Shown: piece by piece, positions 12,931 to 27,493 of the stretch
How the letters are laid out: each line of letters begins with the position of its first letter
Position numbering within the stretch: the first letter of the stretch is position 1
NCBI GenBank assembly: GCA_032718475.1
Contig: JAUCBJ010007264.1
Span: 1-64,000 of the forward strand
Reading direction: 5' to 3'
DNA: 64,000 nt
DNA from: Nemertoderma westbladi
Lineage: Eukaryota > Animalia > Xenacoelomorpha
Notes under the pieces: generated by a model
Databases searched by the model: none
Told to the model about the DNA's origin: nothing
The model's input: the letters and a program-made list of their open reading frames with translations, nothing else
Made by a program: the position numbers and the translations under genes

Positions 12931-15900
12931 ATGAGCGACGTAACGCCAATGTGGACCCCGGACGAAGAACTAATGATCCGCGAGGCCGCGACCAGACGGT
13001 ACAGGCCCACGACGCCGGACCCATCAGTAACGGGTCATCCGGCAGTTCAGGATGAAGGGGGCCGTCTGGAGCCAGAAGCCGAGTCGAGAGGAGCGGGAGT
13101 CGAGTTGAGAGAAGGAGAGGGCGAGTTGGAAGGAGAGAAAGACGAGTCGACACACGACGACGGTCGACGCGTCGATGTCGCCGGCCAGCCACAGGCCAGG
13201 GGCGACGGACGGCCCACCGGAACGGCGACGGTGGGGCGGCCGGTACGACGTCGGACTCGGAGAGATGGAGGAGAGGTCGGCGACGAGGACGTCGGGGTTT
13301 CTGATCGACTTCAACGGGCCTACAACGCGACCCAGAAGCTACTTAAGGAGGCCAAGGAGGGGGCGAGGATAGACGAGGTAAAGTTGACAACAGGACTAGG
13401 TGAGTCGGATAAACATTTTAGTTATCTAATGCGCTTCGGGCAGAGAGAACTGGCCAAGGAGAGAGCGAGAGGGGTTGCCGAGGAACTGTGTGATTTATGG
13501 CGGTGTAGGGGTATGCAACCTAGCGTAGTGTACATAGGGCCATACTTAGTCGATGCCCGGGGAATAAAATTAGTGGGTTGGAGAAGACATGAGGAGGGCG
13601 AACCCGAGGTTAACCCCGAGGATTCGGTCTCGTCGGTCGGAGGAAGTTCTGGGAGGAGGGGGAAAGTTAGTAGATCAGGAAGGCGGAGGGAATCCGTCAC
13701 AACCGACAAGTCTGCTACATCCTCCGTAAAAGAAAGATGGGTGAGAGAGATAAATGCGACGTATCATCTCGATCTGATAGCGCAAGGTCAGAGAGAAGTA
13801 AAGAGACGGTTAGAGGAGGGGAGAATGCTACTAGAGAAGGAAATGAAACTGATTAGAGAAACCGGAGAGAGGGCCAAAAGGGCCGCGAAAAGCTTTAGGG
13901 AGTGTGAGGAAATAGGGAGGAAGGAACAAGAGGAGCGTGAGGCGAGAGAGCAGAGTGAACGCAAGGAGCGTGAGGCGAGAGAGGAAAATGAACGCAAAGA
14001 GCGTGAGGCGGAACGCAAGGAACGTGAGGCGAGGGAGAAAAGTGAACTCAAAGAGGGTGAGGCGAGGGAGGAAAGTGAACGTATAGAGCGTGAGGCGAGA
14101 CGAAGGGAGGGAGCAAGGAGAGGCGGAATTGGCCGACCAGAACGCACGGGAGGGGCGGGAGAGAATGGCAAGAGAGGAGCGTGAGCGAAAAGAATTGGAA
14201 AGACGCCTAAGCGAGCTTATAGAGTACGAAACAAGACACACGCGCGAACTGGAACTGGCGCGGATAGGGGTGTCAGAGAGCGGGGCTGACTCGAATGTTT
14301 TCGAGGAGCCAAGGGCCATGGATACATTTATTAATACCCCACTTACAGGGACCGCACGACAGACCCGAAACTGGTGTGACCGTACGGGCGGGGGGAGGGG
14401 TAATAATAATACTACAGTAGACGACGTTAATATTAATAGTACCAAGCCAAGCCTTTATTGCAGGAAATACTTTACCTAGTAGTAGTAATTTAAATTTAAA
14501 TACAAATAATCTAAATAATAATTTCAATTTAAACGTGCAAAATAACCCGAATAGTAATTTAAATTTAGAAAATAATAATAACTCAAATAATTTAAATAAT
14601 GATCCAAACCCGAATTTACAAAATAATTCAAATAGTGTAGTCGCACAAAATAATTCAAATGATTTTATTTCGAACGAACAAAATAATTCCGTTTCTAATA
14701 TGGGTGCTATTAACGTGAACGCATCGGACGTGTATAACCCTACAGACGGCGGCCTGGTAGGCCACGTAGTTGGTAGGCAGGGGGTGCCGGGGTTGAGTCG
14801 ACCCGACGGCGGCCTGGTAGGCCACGTAGTAGTAGGCAGGGGGTGGCGGGGTTGAGTCAACCCGAGGGGGGCCTGGTAGGCCAGGTGGCAGTAGAGAGAG
14901 AAGCGGGGGTGAATAGACCTAGCCGCAGTGGAAACATTGTGTCGACTGGAGAGGGGTGTAGAAGTGAAGTAAGAGGTAGTGGCGTGATATGTGGCGAGTG
15001 GGAGGGGGGGCTACAGGAGCCCCCAATGAGAAGTTAGTGGTGAGCGGGGGGGGGGGGGGGGCTACAGGAGCCCCACAGCAAGAAGTTAGTGGCGAGAGGG
15101 GGGGGGGGGGGCAGAGAGTGTCCCACAGGCGTTGGCGGATAATGCGCGGGCCGAATCAGGTAAACCGCAACACCCGGCGACGGAGAGTAGTGGGGGGATT
15201 GCGAGTGTCCCCAGCGGCATGCGATCGAGCAAAGAGAGGCAGGTTGACGTCGCGAGAGGGCAGACGAAGCGTCGAGCCCGATCAGAAGAGGGAAGAAGAA
15301 CAGTGGAGTTTAACCAGGAGGTCGACGAGAGATCTCACAAGCGGGAATACTGCACTACGGAGAAAGGAAGGGAAGAGAATAGAAGAAGTGTCGCCGCGAA
15401 CAACGGGAGAGCGAGAACGGATAGCGAGCCGTCAGTAGTAGAGATGGAGATGGAGAGTCAGCAGGGTCGAACCTCGGGAGATTGCCGTCGCCCCGGAGGA
15501 ATGCGACCTGATGAGGCGTATTGCGCGCAGAGAGAGGGGTACGGGATGTACCGGCACGAGAGCGAGAGTAGTAGAGGGGGTCGAAGAGAAACTTTCCGAC
15601 GGGAAATACCTACTGATCGAGAATACGGTAGCCGTAGGGAGGATTATTCGAGAAGAATAAACTTCGATCCTGAGCGACACATACAGACTGTAGGACGTAC
15701 TGTAGGCCTTACTGCACATACTATAGGCCATGCTGACGGGAATAATGTAGGCGATAGGATAGCGCGGTCGACGGGATTAAACCCGGAAGTCGCGGAGTAC
15801 ATACCGGCAGGTAGGCCAGAAGCTGATAGGCCTATACCGGTACCAGTACAGCAGTATGACTACAGCATGCAAGGACATAACATATACCCAGGGGAGGGGG

Positions 15901-18543
15901 GAATAGGTGCATGGGCCCCAATATATTAACATCAACCCCAGTACCAAACATACCGGTGGGGGGGGGGGGGGGGGGCAGGGTGACATTCCCCCATCACAAT
16001 ATCAACAATATACCCCAATAGGAGCAAGAACAACGAATCCCTTGGATGGAAATAGGTCATGCGACACAGAAATATGGAGGGGGCCGCTACCCCCAATGAT
16101 ATACCCAAGCCAGAGGAAGGCAGGAAATAGGACGGACGGACTGCACCTAACAGGAGAAACTATACAACATCCATTGAGCCCATTGGAATCGCAGGCGATG
16201 GGAATGGCCACGTTAATAGATGCGTTAAAAACTAGGATAGAGCTACCACCCGTGGAACCATTCAAATTCGATGGGAGCAGGCCGGAAGAATACCTACAGT
16301 TTCGGCGCATGTATAGCAACGAAATACTAACAAAGAACTTGACACAGGCGGAGTGCCTAAAGTATCTGCAAGTATATACAGGAGGCCCAGCATACGACAT
16401 CGTGAGGCAATACCAGGGCATAGAGGGCGGCTTCACGATGGCATGGCGGGCACTGGACAGGGAATACGGGCATCCGGCCAAGATCATCCGGCAAACCCTG
16501 AGAGGCATAACATCGGGTGGCCTACAGGATAATCCCGTTAGCATTAAGACGTTCGCGAACAAGGTCGAAAAGGCGCTAATCGTACTGAAAACGCTAGACG
16601 TGCCATACGAGCTCAAAGCGTCCAACAACATAACCACGATAGCGCAGGCACTACCGATGTGGCTGCGCAACAAGTGGAGGAAGATCGCTTTCTCCACTCG
16701 AGATAGGAAGGGTGCGGAACCGGGTTTAGAAGAAATGTCGAGCTTCTTAAACTACGAAGCTGAATTAATAACCGACCCAGTCTATAGCGAGGATAGCCTG
16801 GGAAAGGGACCGAGAACAGATTACCATAGACCGAAGCCGGAACACAACACGTCAAACGCATTGCCGAAGCTCAGGCAATCACTGCCATACGCAGCGACGC
16901 AGGGGACTGCTAGTCCACAGGTAGCCGGGGGTAAGACCACATCATGGAGCGGACAGGGGAAAAATAACAACACAAACAAACATCATCCTAGTACGCCCAG
17001 TAGGCCAAACCCAAACAATAAGAATAGTAGGGACTTTGGTACAAATGCAACCGCGATACGCAATGCATTGTATAAGGACGGCTACGACCCAAAGAGCAAC
17101 TGCCAGCTACATACAAATGCGCTCCATCAGACCATGAACTGCAGGTACTGGCAAGCATTACCCAGGGAAGATCAAGTAGAATATGCGGCGAGAAATTAGA
17201 TCTGCTCGCCATGTGTGATGAGTGGACATAGAGCTAGACAATGCGAGGAAACGCCGATTAAGTTCGGTCAAAGTAAAGGCCAAGCGATAGCAACGAGCAC
17301 AGTAGGGGCGAAGAAGAGAGGAACGGTACTACTTGGGGTAGTACCAGTGCGAGTAATCGGGGAAGGCAACCGATCAGTGACCACACTTATGCTGGTCGAC
17401 AGTGGAGCTGCCATTAGTCGAGAATTGGGTGGCCGAGGAGATAGGATTGAGAACGAGGCCAAGTAGAATGGCGGTAACAACAATTTCTAGCAAAGATGAG
17501 GTCCTGGAGATGAGGACCGGACAGTGCACGATTGCAGCGGTGGCACCGGGATGCAACTACGGGGCGACCATCGACCCCATCCAAGTGATAGAGTCAATAA
17601 ATATCAATGCCAGGCGGCCAACCAACATCGAGGTCGAACAATATAAATTCCTGGATGATATCGACTTCTCAATCCCAGAGGTGGACGTTAGGAAGGTATC
17701 CATTATAGTAGGAATGGACTGTCCGACGGCCCACGAATGAATGCGAACGGTCTTCGGCGAAGACAAGCAGTGTGACCCGGTGGCAATATTGACACCATTC
17801 GGGTGGACGCTGAGTGGCCCAATCAAGAATAAGATACCATTTAGGATGTCGGAGACATCAGGATGCATGTTCGCGGGAACTATGCGAGAAATGGAGGATG
17901 AGGGAGCAGAGGAGCAGCTCAGGAGACTGCTCAGGCAGGATTTTGAAGGATTAAAGGAGACCGGGGTCGGAACCTCGGTAGAAGACAAGCAGGCTCTACA
18001 GAGCGTAGAGGAGTCTATGAGGTGTGATGAGGGGCGGTATACCATAGGGATGGTATGGAAGCTACCGAGGCTACCGCTGCCCGATAGTAGAGGGGTGGTG
18101 CTCACGAGGCTTCGTGAGTTGAGGCAGACATTAAAACGGAGCCCCGAGAGGAATGAGTGCATCCACAGAACGATTGAGAGGTACGTCGAGAGAGGGTGGG
18201 CCGTGGAGTTACCGGTCGACGAACCAAACACGGACAGGACATATTACCTGCCACTCCACGTGGCTTTAGATCCGAAGAAAGGTAAACTGCGGATGGTAGT
18301 GGATGCGTCGGCAAAGACCAATGGAAAATGCCTAAACGACTATCTGCTAGAGGGTCCCAACATATACAACTCAGGGATAGAGGTCCTACTCAGGTTCAGG
18401 AATGGAAAACACGCCTTCACCTGTGACATAGAAGGCATGTTCAACCAGGTCCGTGTGACAGAAGAGGATAGCGACAGTCAGCGCTTCCTGTGGTACAACG
18501 GCGATGAAGAACCGTCGACGATACCGACATACAACATGATAGT
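12931..18543 (+). pseudogene. B1 gag-protease-RT (N-terminal part), disrupted
   Basis: EREARE repeats, Asn-rich tract, gag FDGSRPEEYLQF..LKYL, protease LVDSGA, TPFGWTLSG, RT YYLPLH/LRMVVDASA/DIEGMFNQV. Several frameshifts, some at G runs. Confidence 0.88.
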
Positions 18544-21500
18544 TATAATGGATTTTCCCCAACTGGAAGTTCCAAAATAGAAAATTGTTTTTCTTTAATA
18601 TAACAACGTAAACTCTATATTCAATATTGTGACAGTGAACTTTACAAAATGGTGCATTACACATTATTTCTACTGAGTTCAAACAGATACATGATTTACA
18701 ACTACAAAGGATACGGAATGCATATTTACTTAGGAACTAATCAAGCAATTTATTATAACCAACTGGATAGGCCCCAAACAAACGTATATTGGATGTCGGA
18801 TATATTATTGATAGATGAATGTAGTCTCTAACTAAGTTTAACGCACTCTAATTAATTATATAAATTTATACATGACACTCCCCCTTTTGTTCACATTTGT
18901 GAGAACAAAATTTAATAATAATATGGAATAATATGCACAAATTTGTTATGAAACAAATCGAAATTATTACCTATTATATTTGAATTATAAATTATTACGT
19001 AACACGTATTTAAATGTATATTAGTTATAAAATACAAGATACAATATTTCTATCAACTTCATACGTACGTAAACACAAAATAAACAGAGTTCGTTTTTCT
19101 ACTGTATTAATAATATATCTATATACTAATAATATATCTACAGTACAACAAATTAGTACTACAGTAGTGCAGTTCATAATTTTAATGGGTGTTAAGTTTT
19201 ATAAGTGCCAGTTAACAAACTTTTGGCATTTCTAGGTAGAACTTTTCTTGTGCGTCCAAGAGCAGGTTCAAATGCAGTTTTAACTGGTTTAGGACAGTGG
19301 TCTACTGGGAATTTCTCTTTCTGTTTTACAGTAATTTTGGTACCAGTTTGTATCGTATTGTTGGGCAGTGTCGGTAAGTTTTCCTTGTCTGAGATTTCTA
19401 GTGGAATTACTTGTTTTATCGATCGTGTTAGTGTAGTCGCCTCTTTGCGACGTTTAGCGACTGTTAATTTTACTGATCTACACGTACCATCTTTACTCCT
19501 AACTAACTCTGTCACCCTGCACAATTTCCAAAGGCAACGTGGAAGTTGCCTGTCCTCTAATAAACATATATCACCAATCTCAGGTAATACCGGAGATCGT
19601 GGGTCAAGATTTCCTTTTCTGTGTGATTCTCGCAGACTTAAAATGTAGTCCTCTTTCCAGCACTTCCAGAACATTTTTGCTGCAAGTTCCTGGATTTTCA
19701 AAGCTTCTACAAGTTTGGATTTGTTTGGTTTATCTATTTTTACTTTTCCTGAAATATATGGCATTGAACAAAGACGGCGTCCAACTAAAAAATGAGCTGG
19801 TGTGAGACTTTGGTACGTTTCCTCTATGTCATCAGAAACAAACGTCAGAGGCCGACTGTTTAATGTCGCTTCTGTGGAAACCAGAAAAGTATTCAACTGT
19901 TCATGTGTTAAAGTGGCACGTCCAATAACCTTCTTTAAATTCCCTTTAACTGATCCTACCAATCTTTCTATAAAACCGTAGGCTGCGGGGTTTAATGGTA
20001 TGTTAAATTTCCATTGAATCGACAACTTGCCGAATTCTCGTAAGATGTCTTCACTCTCTAAAAATGTCGTATGCGCTCGTAATTCTTTGGCAGAACGTGT
20101 AAAAGTGGATGCATTGTCTGAAAAAATGAACTGTGGAATGCCTCTACGGCCTATGAATCTATGAAATGCGGCCAAAAAGGATTGACAGCTTAATGAATTG
20201 ACGAGTTCTAAGTGTATGGCACGGACAACAGCGCACGTGAATAGACACACATATACCTTCATATTTTTGTGATCTGAATTTGTATTTGTGTTTATGACTG
20301 ACAATGGTCCACAAAAGTCAATCCCAACTGAGCCGAAAACACCTGAGTCAGACGATAATCGTTCTACAGGTAATAAACCTATTGCTGGTATAGTGTAAGG
20401 CTGTCCTTGCACATGTTTGCATACCACGCAACCACGAATGACCTTACGTACTTGTTGTCTGCCTCGAGGTATCCAGTATCTGTCTCTGACCTGAATTAAA
20501 GTGTCGCGAGTCCTTGAGTGCATAACTGCTTCGTGAGCTTCTTGTATGATTAACTTTGTGAAATAATGTGACGACGGTAGAAGTATAGGATTATTGCTCT
20601 GCCATGTAATAAGCGGATTTTGTATTCGGCCTTTACACCGAATAGTGCCAGTTTGATCGAGAAAAAGATTAAGCTGGCTAACAATTTCTGGTCGCTTAAA
20701 TTTAGATTTGGGGTTTTGCAGAAATTTCAACACTTCCGCAAACTCAATTCCTTGAATAGCTCTGATGAGGATGTTTTCAGCATTGCCTAATTCATCAGCA
20801 GTTAATATGAATGATTTATTAATGGATGATGCATTCTGTACATTAGATTTTATGTTTAGGATAAATCTACAAATCCATGCCAATTTTCTTACTAGTGCGA
20901 CCCTGTGGCTAGATTTTGAGCAATCAATTATATTTAGTACTGATGGCATGTCCTTTGAATGTACGACTGCTATTGTTGATGAGAATGGTTTGATTTCAAG
21001 TACTCCAGAATCAGTTAGCTTTTCACGAGAGATTATTGGATTAATTGGCCAAAATTCTATTTTCTGTAATAAAAATTTGGGACCATTAAACCAGAAACTT
21101 GAGCTTACTAGTTGTGGTGCAGTAAGACCTCTAGTTGGTATATCAGCAGGATTTAGTAAAGTCGGGCAATATCGCCAGTGAATGGACAAATCCGCTGATA
21201 TGTCACGTATTTTCTGGACTCTATTGTGAACGAATTGTTTGTATTTTGTATTGTTTCCTACCAACCAATATAAAACATCATAAGCGTCACACCACATGTA
21301 AATGTTACTGAAATGAATGGTTAATGAAGCCGTTGCCGACTGAATAAGCTTAGCTACTAGCAGAGCTCCCATTAGTTCCTTTCTAGGTATAGAAGGTCCA
21401 TTATCAGATTGTGGACACACCTTTGACTTAGCAATTAAAAAGGATACTGTGGTTGACATATCAGTGTAAACTGTCCGAACGTAAAGCACTCCTGCATAAA

Positions 21501-24500
21501 TTGACTTGCTGGCATCTGAAAAACCATGCAATTCAAAATCTTTAATAGTATTTGTTTTGTTAAACACGCATCTCGGAAATGAAATTTTATTGAGGGATAA
21601 TAAACTGTCAACCCATCTTTGCCATTTTTCAGTTAAAGCCAACGAAAGTGGTTCATTCCAATTTTTTGTTGTTTTACATAATGTTTGGAATTCGGCTTTC
21701 ATTTGGCTTGTGAATGGTATCAGAGCGCCCAATGGGTCATATAGGCGTGCTGATAACTGTAACACTGCTCTTTTATTTTTGGGTAACAATTTTACATAGT
21801 CGTATACTGACGTTACGTCAAACCCAAATGTGTCGTTTTCCACATGCCAGCATTGTCCTAAGATTCGTTTCACCTGGGCTGGTTGAACCAGCGGCAGGTA
21901 CAGAGAAGACTTTGCGTATGTCTGATCTTCCTCCTGAAATTTTGTTATGTCCAAAACTTGGTTACATTTGTTGAGTGTTTCTTTATCAAATTCTGTCTGT
22001 AATTGTAATGAGTTAGAAACCCATCTACGTATGTTAAATCCACCTGATTTCATGATTGAGCAGGCCTCTTTCATGAATTGTACTCCTTTCCTTCCTCTAC
22101 GGTATCTACTCCTGTTCCTAAGTCGTCTACATACAACTTCTGTAATTTCTTGATAGTAACCAGTTGAGACTGCGTTACAGTTTTCTTCTTTTCCAATTCT
22201 AGATGATGAGATAAAGTTTCTGCAAGTATATTTGGTGAGCATATCAATCCAAACAGAGCTCGTGTGTACCTGTACCCTTGAATAACTAAATTATCTATAT
22301 TGATATTATCTAGTGATGGTACCCACAGAAATCGAAGGCAATCCCTGTCAGAATCATTAATTTCGCATTGTAAGAATGCCTGTTCAATATCTGCTGTTAT
22401 AGCTATTCGTTTATCCCTAAAACCTAGTAACACATCTAATAAATGTGGGATGAGATTTGGTCCTTTTAAAAGGCATTCATTTAATGACATATCGTTGCAA
22501 TGTGCGCGTGCTGAGGCATTGAATACCACCCTAAGCTTAGTGGATTCCCGTTCCTCCCGTACTACACCATGATGGGGAATGTAATGAATTACTGAACCCG
22601 TTTGATCACAACTTACTGGTTCAATATACCCCTTTGCTATATGATCCCGGATTACACTGTCGTATTTTTCAAGCAAACCAGTTTTTTGTAAACGGCGGAT
22701 TAAAGAGTATAATTGTTTATAACACAATGAATAATGGTCAGTCAAATTTGTCGGATTTAATTTCCAAGGCAAACTTACAGAATAATGTCCGTTACTTTTA
22801 AACTTTATGTTTAGAACTGGTTTAAACGTGTCGTCACTTTCCATTTGCTCGTTACCCAAACTTTCTACTGCCCAAAAGCTTTTGAGTATGTCTTGAAATT
22901 TGTCGTTTTCAGCTTCAGTGTCAAGTTTGTCAATCTGGTCTATCTGACAAGTGGAACTGATTAGCATACACGTGTTGTCTTGCAAATTGTTGTCATAATT
23001 TGAGAACTCGTAACTTTGTTGCACTTTCCCAGAAAGTAGCCAACCAACACCCGAGTCAAGGGCGACCAAACCTGTACCTGAAATACGGAATGTCTTTCCT
23101 GTTACAATGTCCCAATAGAAGTCTGAACCGATTAATAGATTTACACTAAAGTCGTGTCTTTGGTCCTTGTCTGGGTTAGCCAATGAACAGTCAGAAAGAC
23201 CGAGTGAGTGAAAACATGAGCCAATACGGTTCTGAAGAGATTCAGCTGAAAACTTACTTTGTAATGGTTTACAAATTTCCCCTACAACTAATGCTTGTAC
23301 AACCAAAATTGTGCTGTTGCGTAGTATTAATGTAATTTGCGCAATATCTAGAGACTGAATATCTCTCTCTTTACCTTCATGACCTTGGAAACTGTTAATG
23401 TTAATGACTTGCTTCCCTACTATAGGTAATTTATATTTCAGTACCGTCTCCCGAACAATGAATGATCTTTCACTACCAGGATCAAGAAATGTGTTTACCT
23501 GAAATGAAGTTGTTGTATTGTGAACCGGTTGACAGTTGACTACAGCCGTTTGAAGTATACCACTAACTGTTATGTCCAAGCTGGCGACTTGAACTGTCAA
23601 TGTTGTTGAACCTGTTGAATCATTTATATCATTAAACTCTGGATCACCCTTAACGGTTATCTGATTTGTGCCAACCAACATACTATGACTACTACTACCT
23701 TGACCTTTTGGTTGTTGGACACTTGGACCACGTTGTACTCTTGTACAAATTGATTGATGGTGACCAGTTCTCTTACAGTTATAGCACGGCTTAATTCGTG
23801 TACAATCTCTAGCAAGATGTCCTGAACCAAAGCAATTATAACATAATGCTTTCCTGTCTAATATTGCTTTCCTTTGTGAAGTATCGTGTATTGTTTGACA
23901 ATTTACAGAATAATGATGTTGTTTACAGAATATACATCTTACCATTTGCGGTTTCGGTAGAGACTGTTGAGTTTTATTTTGTTGTGTGTGACGGTATGTA
24001 TGTTGGGTTGCTATAGGTAGTGAGGCTGCTGTTGGAGTGTGTCTGATTGTTGATTTTTCTTGATAATTGTAATTTTGTGCTGATTGAGTATTATTCGAAG
24101 AACTATTGCCACAAAACACACCCATCGCCTCCTCACTAGCTAAGCGCAAGCCTATTTGGTCCATGAGCCACATAAGGTTATCTATGTTATTGTTTGATTT
24201 TTCTAAAAGACGTGTGCCGAAATCGAATGGTAGTGTACTCATAATGTCAGGAATTACGGTGATTTGGTATTGATCTGGTTTCGTATTCAGTGCTTCTAAT
24301 GCTCGTATGTGTGCTAAGCAAGTATTATAAACCTGTCTTAAATTTAGTGAGTCTCCTGTGAATGTTTTACTTATGTTTCTAAGTTGTTCTATATGTGCTT
24401 GTATAATGCGACTTTGTGACCCGTAACGTGCTTGTAGAAGGTCCATAGCTACAGTATAATTTTCACTGGAAACAGAAAGTCCCGCAACCACTGATTTTGC

Positions 24501-25561
24501 TTCACCAGTTAATGACTGTAATAAATGTTGTAGTTTAAGGACATCAGGCAAACCAGAGTCATGAATTGCACTTCGAAAAGAATCCCGCCACCCACAAAAA
24601 TCAAGCACATTACCTGAAAAAACGGGCCTATCCAGCTTTGGGAGCACAGAACGAGCATAAGTACTACTAGTAGCGTAAGTTACTGTAGAATCTTGACTAT
24701 TGAATGTAGGTCTTGGTATAACCGTACTTGAGTTAATGTTATCTGGATTTGATGTGTTCGAGTCTGTAACAGATAGTGATAACTGTAACCGAGTTATACA
24801 ATTAGTGAGTCTAACCTTGTAGATAGCAGCTTCTGATGCGTCTTTGTCACATTCTTTTTCCTCCATTAGTCCCCAGATGTCTTCGTCCATACTGTCTAAC
24901 TTCTCACTGTAACAGTTCAGGATTGTGATCTTTGAGAGCTTCTCCTCTCTAGTGAGCTGATCAATGTCGTCGGCGTCGTGAATAGCGATCGTCACTGCCG
25001 ATCTTTTCCCACCTCTCGAACGTATCAACCGTTTGAGATCATCAGCCATGATTAGGAATGTTGTCACACAAATGTTTCCAATGTATCAAATTGACACAAT
25101 TAATTGAAAGTGATACTGTGATACTTTTAGAGTTTGATTGAGTTCATAATTGAATAAGGTACTCCCCCAAGTGGGAGACCTTTTGAAATAATGTACAATT
25201 AAATTAAATTATTTTTATCGGGCGCCATATAATGGATTTTCCCCAACTGGAAGTTCCAAAATAGAAAATTGTTTTTCTTTAATATAACAACGTAAACTCT
25301 ATATTCAATATTGTGACAGTGAACTTTACAAAATGGTGCATTACACATTATTTCTACTGAGTTCAAACAGATACATGATTTACAACTACAAAGGATACGG
25401 AATGTATATTTACTTAGGAACTAATCAAGCAATTTATTATAACCAACTGGATAGGCCCCAAACAAACGTATATTGGATGTCGGATATATTATTGATAGAT
25501 GAATGTAGTCTCTAACTAAGTTTAACGCACTCAAATTAATTATATAAATTTATACATGACA
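18544..25561 (-). mobile_element. BEL/Pao LTR retrotransposon 'C', inverted, inserted in the B1 RT
   Basis: 334-bp LTRs at 18544-18877 and 25228-25561 (2 differences); TSD ATAGT; PBS TGGCGCCCGA (tRNA-Lys type) next to 25227; PPT next to 18878. Confidence 0.95.
19192..25067 (-). pseudogene. Element C gag-pol polyprotein, one frameshift near 22085
   Basis: Gag FSGNVLDFCGW, knuckles CYNCFGSGHLARDC, protease LDPGSERSFI, RT YIPHHGV/DIEQAFLQ/YVDD, RH FSDAS, IN GIDFCGP/SDNASTF/ERLVG. Confidence 0.92.
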
Positions 25562-25566
25562 ATAGT

Positions 25567-27388
25567 ACAGAACATGGGAGCCAAGTCGTCTTCATTTACG
25601 ACGACTATGGCAGTAAGAGATACAGTGAAGGGGAAGGAGGATAGATACAGCACTAGGGCCGTCGATATGATTCGATGCGGCTTCTACGTAGACGACGGAA
25701 TGGAGTCTGGAAATACGGTTAAGGAGATACTGGACACAGGGCGCGAGGTTCGCGACATCCTAAAAGGATCCGGCTTTAACCTCACCAAATTCCAATCCAG
25801 TTCAGAGGAATTTATCAAGGCGATAGAGGACGAGAAACCAGAATCGACCATGGATAATCCCACAACAGCCAAAGGGCAGGACATGGCGAACAAGAGGATA
25901 GAGTCTCAACAGAAGGCACTGGGAATCGTGTGGAACAGAGAGACAGATGAACTGAAGTACCAGCTGAGCCAGGAGGGCGCAGACATCCACACAAAGAGAG
26001 GCTATGTATCATACATAGCAAGAATATACGATCCCCTAGGCCTAGCATCCCCACTATTAGTCACGGGGAAACAGATACTCAAGAGAGTATACAAACTGAA
26101 GGATGAGTGGGACGTAGAGGTACCAGAAGAGATCAAGAAACAGTGGTGTAAGTGGACAGAAGGTTTGGAGAAGATGGGAACATACAGCATGCCGCGAGTG
26201 TATTTCCCGGATGGGGACATGACGAACCTGGATCTGCACATGTTCTCCGATGCGTCACTAGAGGCATACGGAGCGGAGTCGATATTGCACGGGGGCACCA
26301 ACCGAACCCTCACGGAAATACGGAGTACCTTTTGGGTCAAACAGTTGAGGAAGAAGGTAAAAGTGGTAGTGGGGCAGTGCCAGACCTGCCGACGAGCGAA
26401 GAAGGAGCGAGCCATACAGGAGATGGCGCCACTACCGGCGAGTAGGGTAAGACAGCACGACCCGCCATTTACGCATTGCGGTGTGGACATGTTCGGGCCG
26501 ATAAAGATCAAACTGATGCGGCACACGGAGAAACGCTACGGTATTATCTTCGTATGTAACAACACGAGGGCGGTAGGGATAGAACTCGCCCAAGATGCAA
26601 CTGCATCAGCATTTATTAATGCTTTAGAAAGGTTCAGAGACCGCAAAGGTGGGACGATCGCAGTAATATACTCCGACAACGGAACCAACTTTGTGGGAGT
26701 GGAGAACGAGATGGCAGAGGCCTTGGACATCTTGGAAGGGGAGGAAGTCAGGGCAGCCATGAGACGACGACAAGTAAAGTGGGAGAGGAGGACGCCATAT
26801 GCACCGCATACGCTAGGATGCGTCGAGAGACTCGTGGGTAGTTTGAAGCGTCTTATGACGAAGATGATGAACACCCATATGGTTACGGAGGACGTCTTGA
26901 GAACAGTACTTGCGAAGTGTGAGGGTATCATTAATAGCAGACCGCTATATCCGGAGAATGATGACCCTGAGTCACTAGATGTACTGACGCCCAGCCATTT
27001 TCTAATGGAAAGGTCAGCGACCATCGATATGCGGGGTGTAGACCCAGACGACATACACTCCCGCCAGAGTTGGAAAGTTGCTAAAGCGATAAGCGCAGAG
27101 TATTGGAGGAGGTGGGTTGAGGAATACCTACCCACGCTTCACAAAAGAAGCAAGTGGAGGAAGACGAATAGGGAGTTAAGAGTGGCAGATCTCGTGATTG
27201 TTACGGATGATACTATCATCAACAACCAGTGGCAGTTGGCGAGAGTTGTAGGCACTTACTCCGATGAGGACGGAAGAGTCCGATCGGTAGGTAGAAGTGC
27301 GGATAGGTGGCAAGATAGGTGCAAAGGACAGAAAAACCTACAGGAGAGCTGTAGGGAAATGCTGTCTATTAGAAGGGGCACCTTAGAT
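25567..27388 (+). pseudogene. B1 RT(C-terminal)-RNaseH-integrase with an in-frame internal deletion
   Basis: FYVDD, MFSDAS, GVDMFGP, YSDNGTNF. Relative to B2 it lacks 942 bp (B2 40161-41102) at 26276/26277. Confidence 0.9.
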
Positions 27389-27493
27389 TGGAGTTAGAGA
27401 GGAGTTTAGTCGTCCAAGTTTTGGACTGAGGGGGGTGGGATTGAGGGCGAGACGCCCTTCCCACACATAAAAAAAAAAAAAATAAATAAAAAT

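Noticed and set aside
9831-17483. Long antisense and alternative-frame ORFs over gag regions
   Set aside because: Shadows of repetitive, purine-biased coding sequence with no recognisable motifs.
26270-26285. B1 942-bp in-frame deletion as a spliced-out intron
   Set aside because: The boundaries in B2 do not fit GT/GC..AG in a register that gives the B1 junction.
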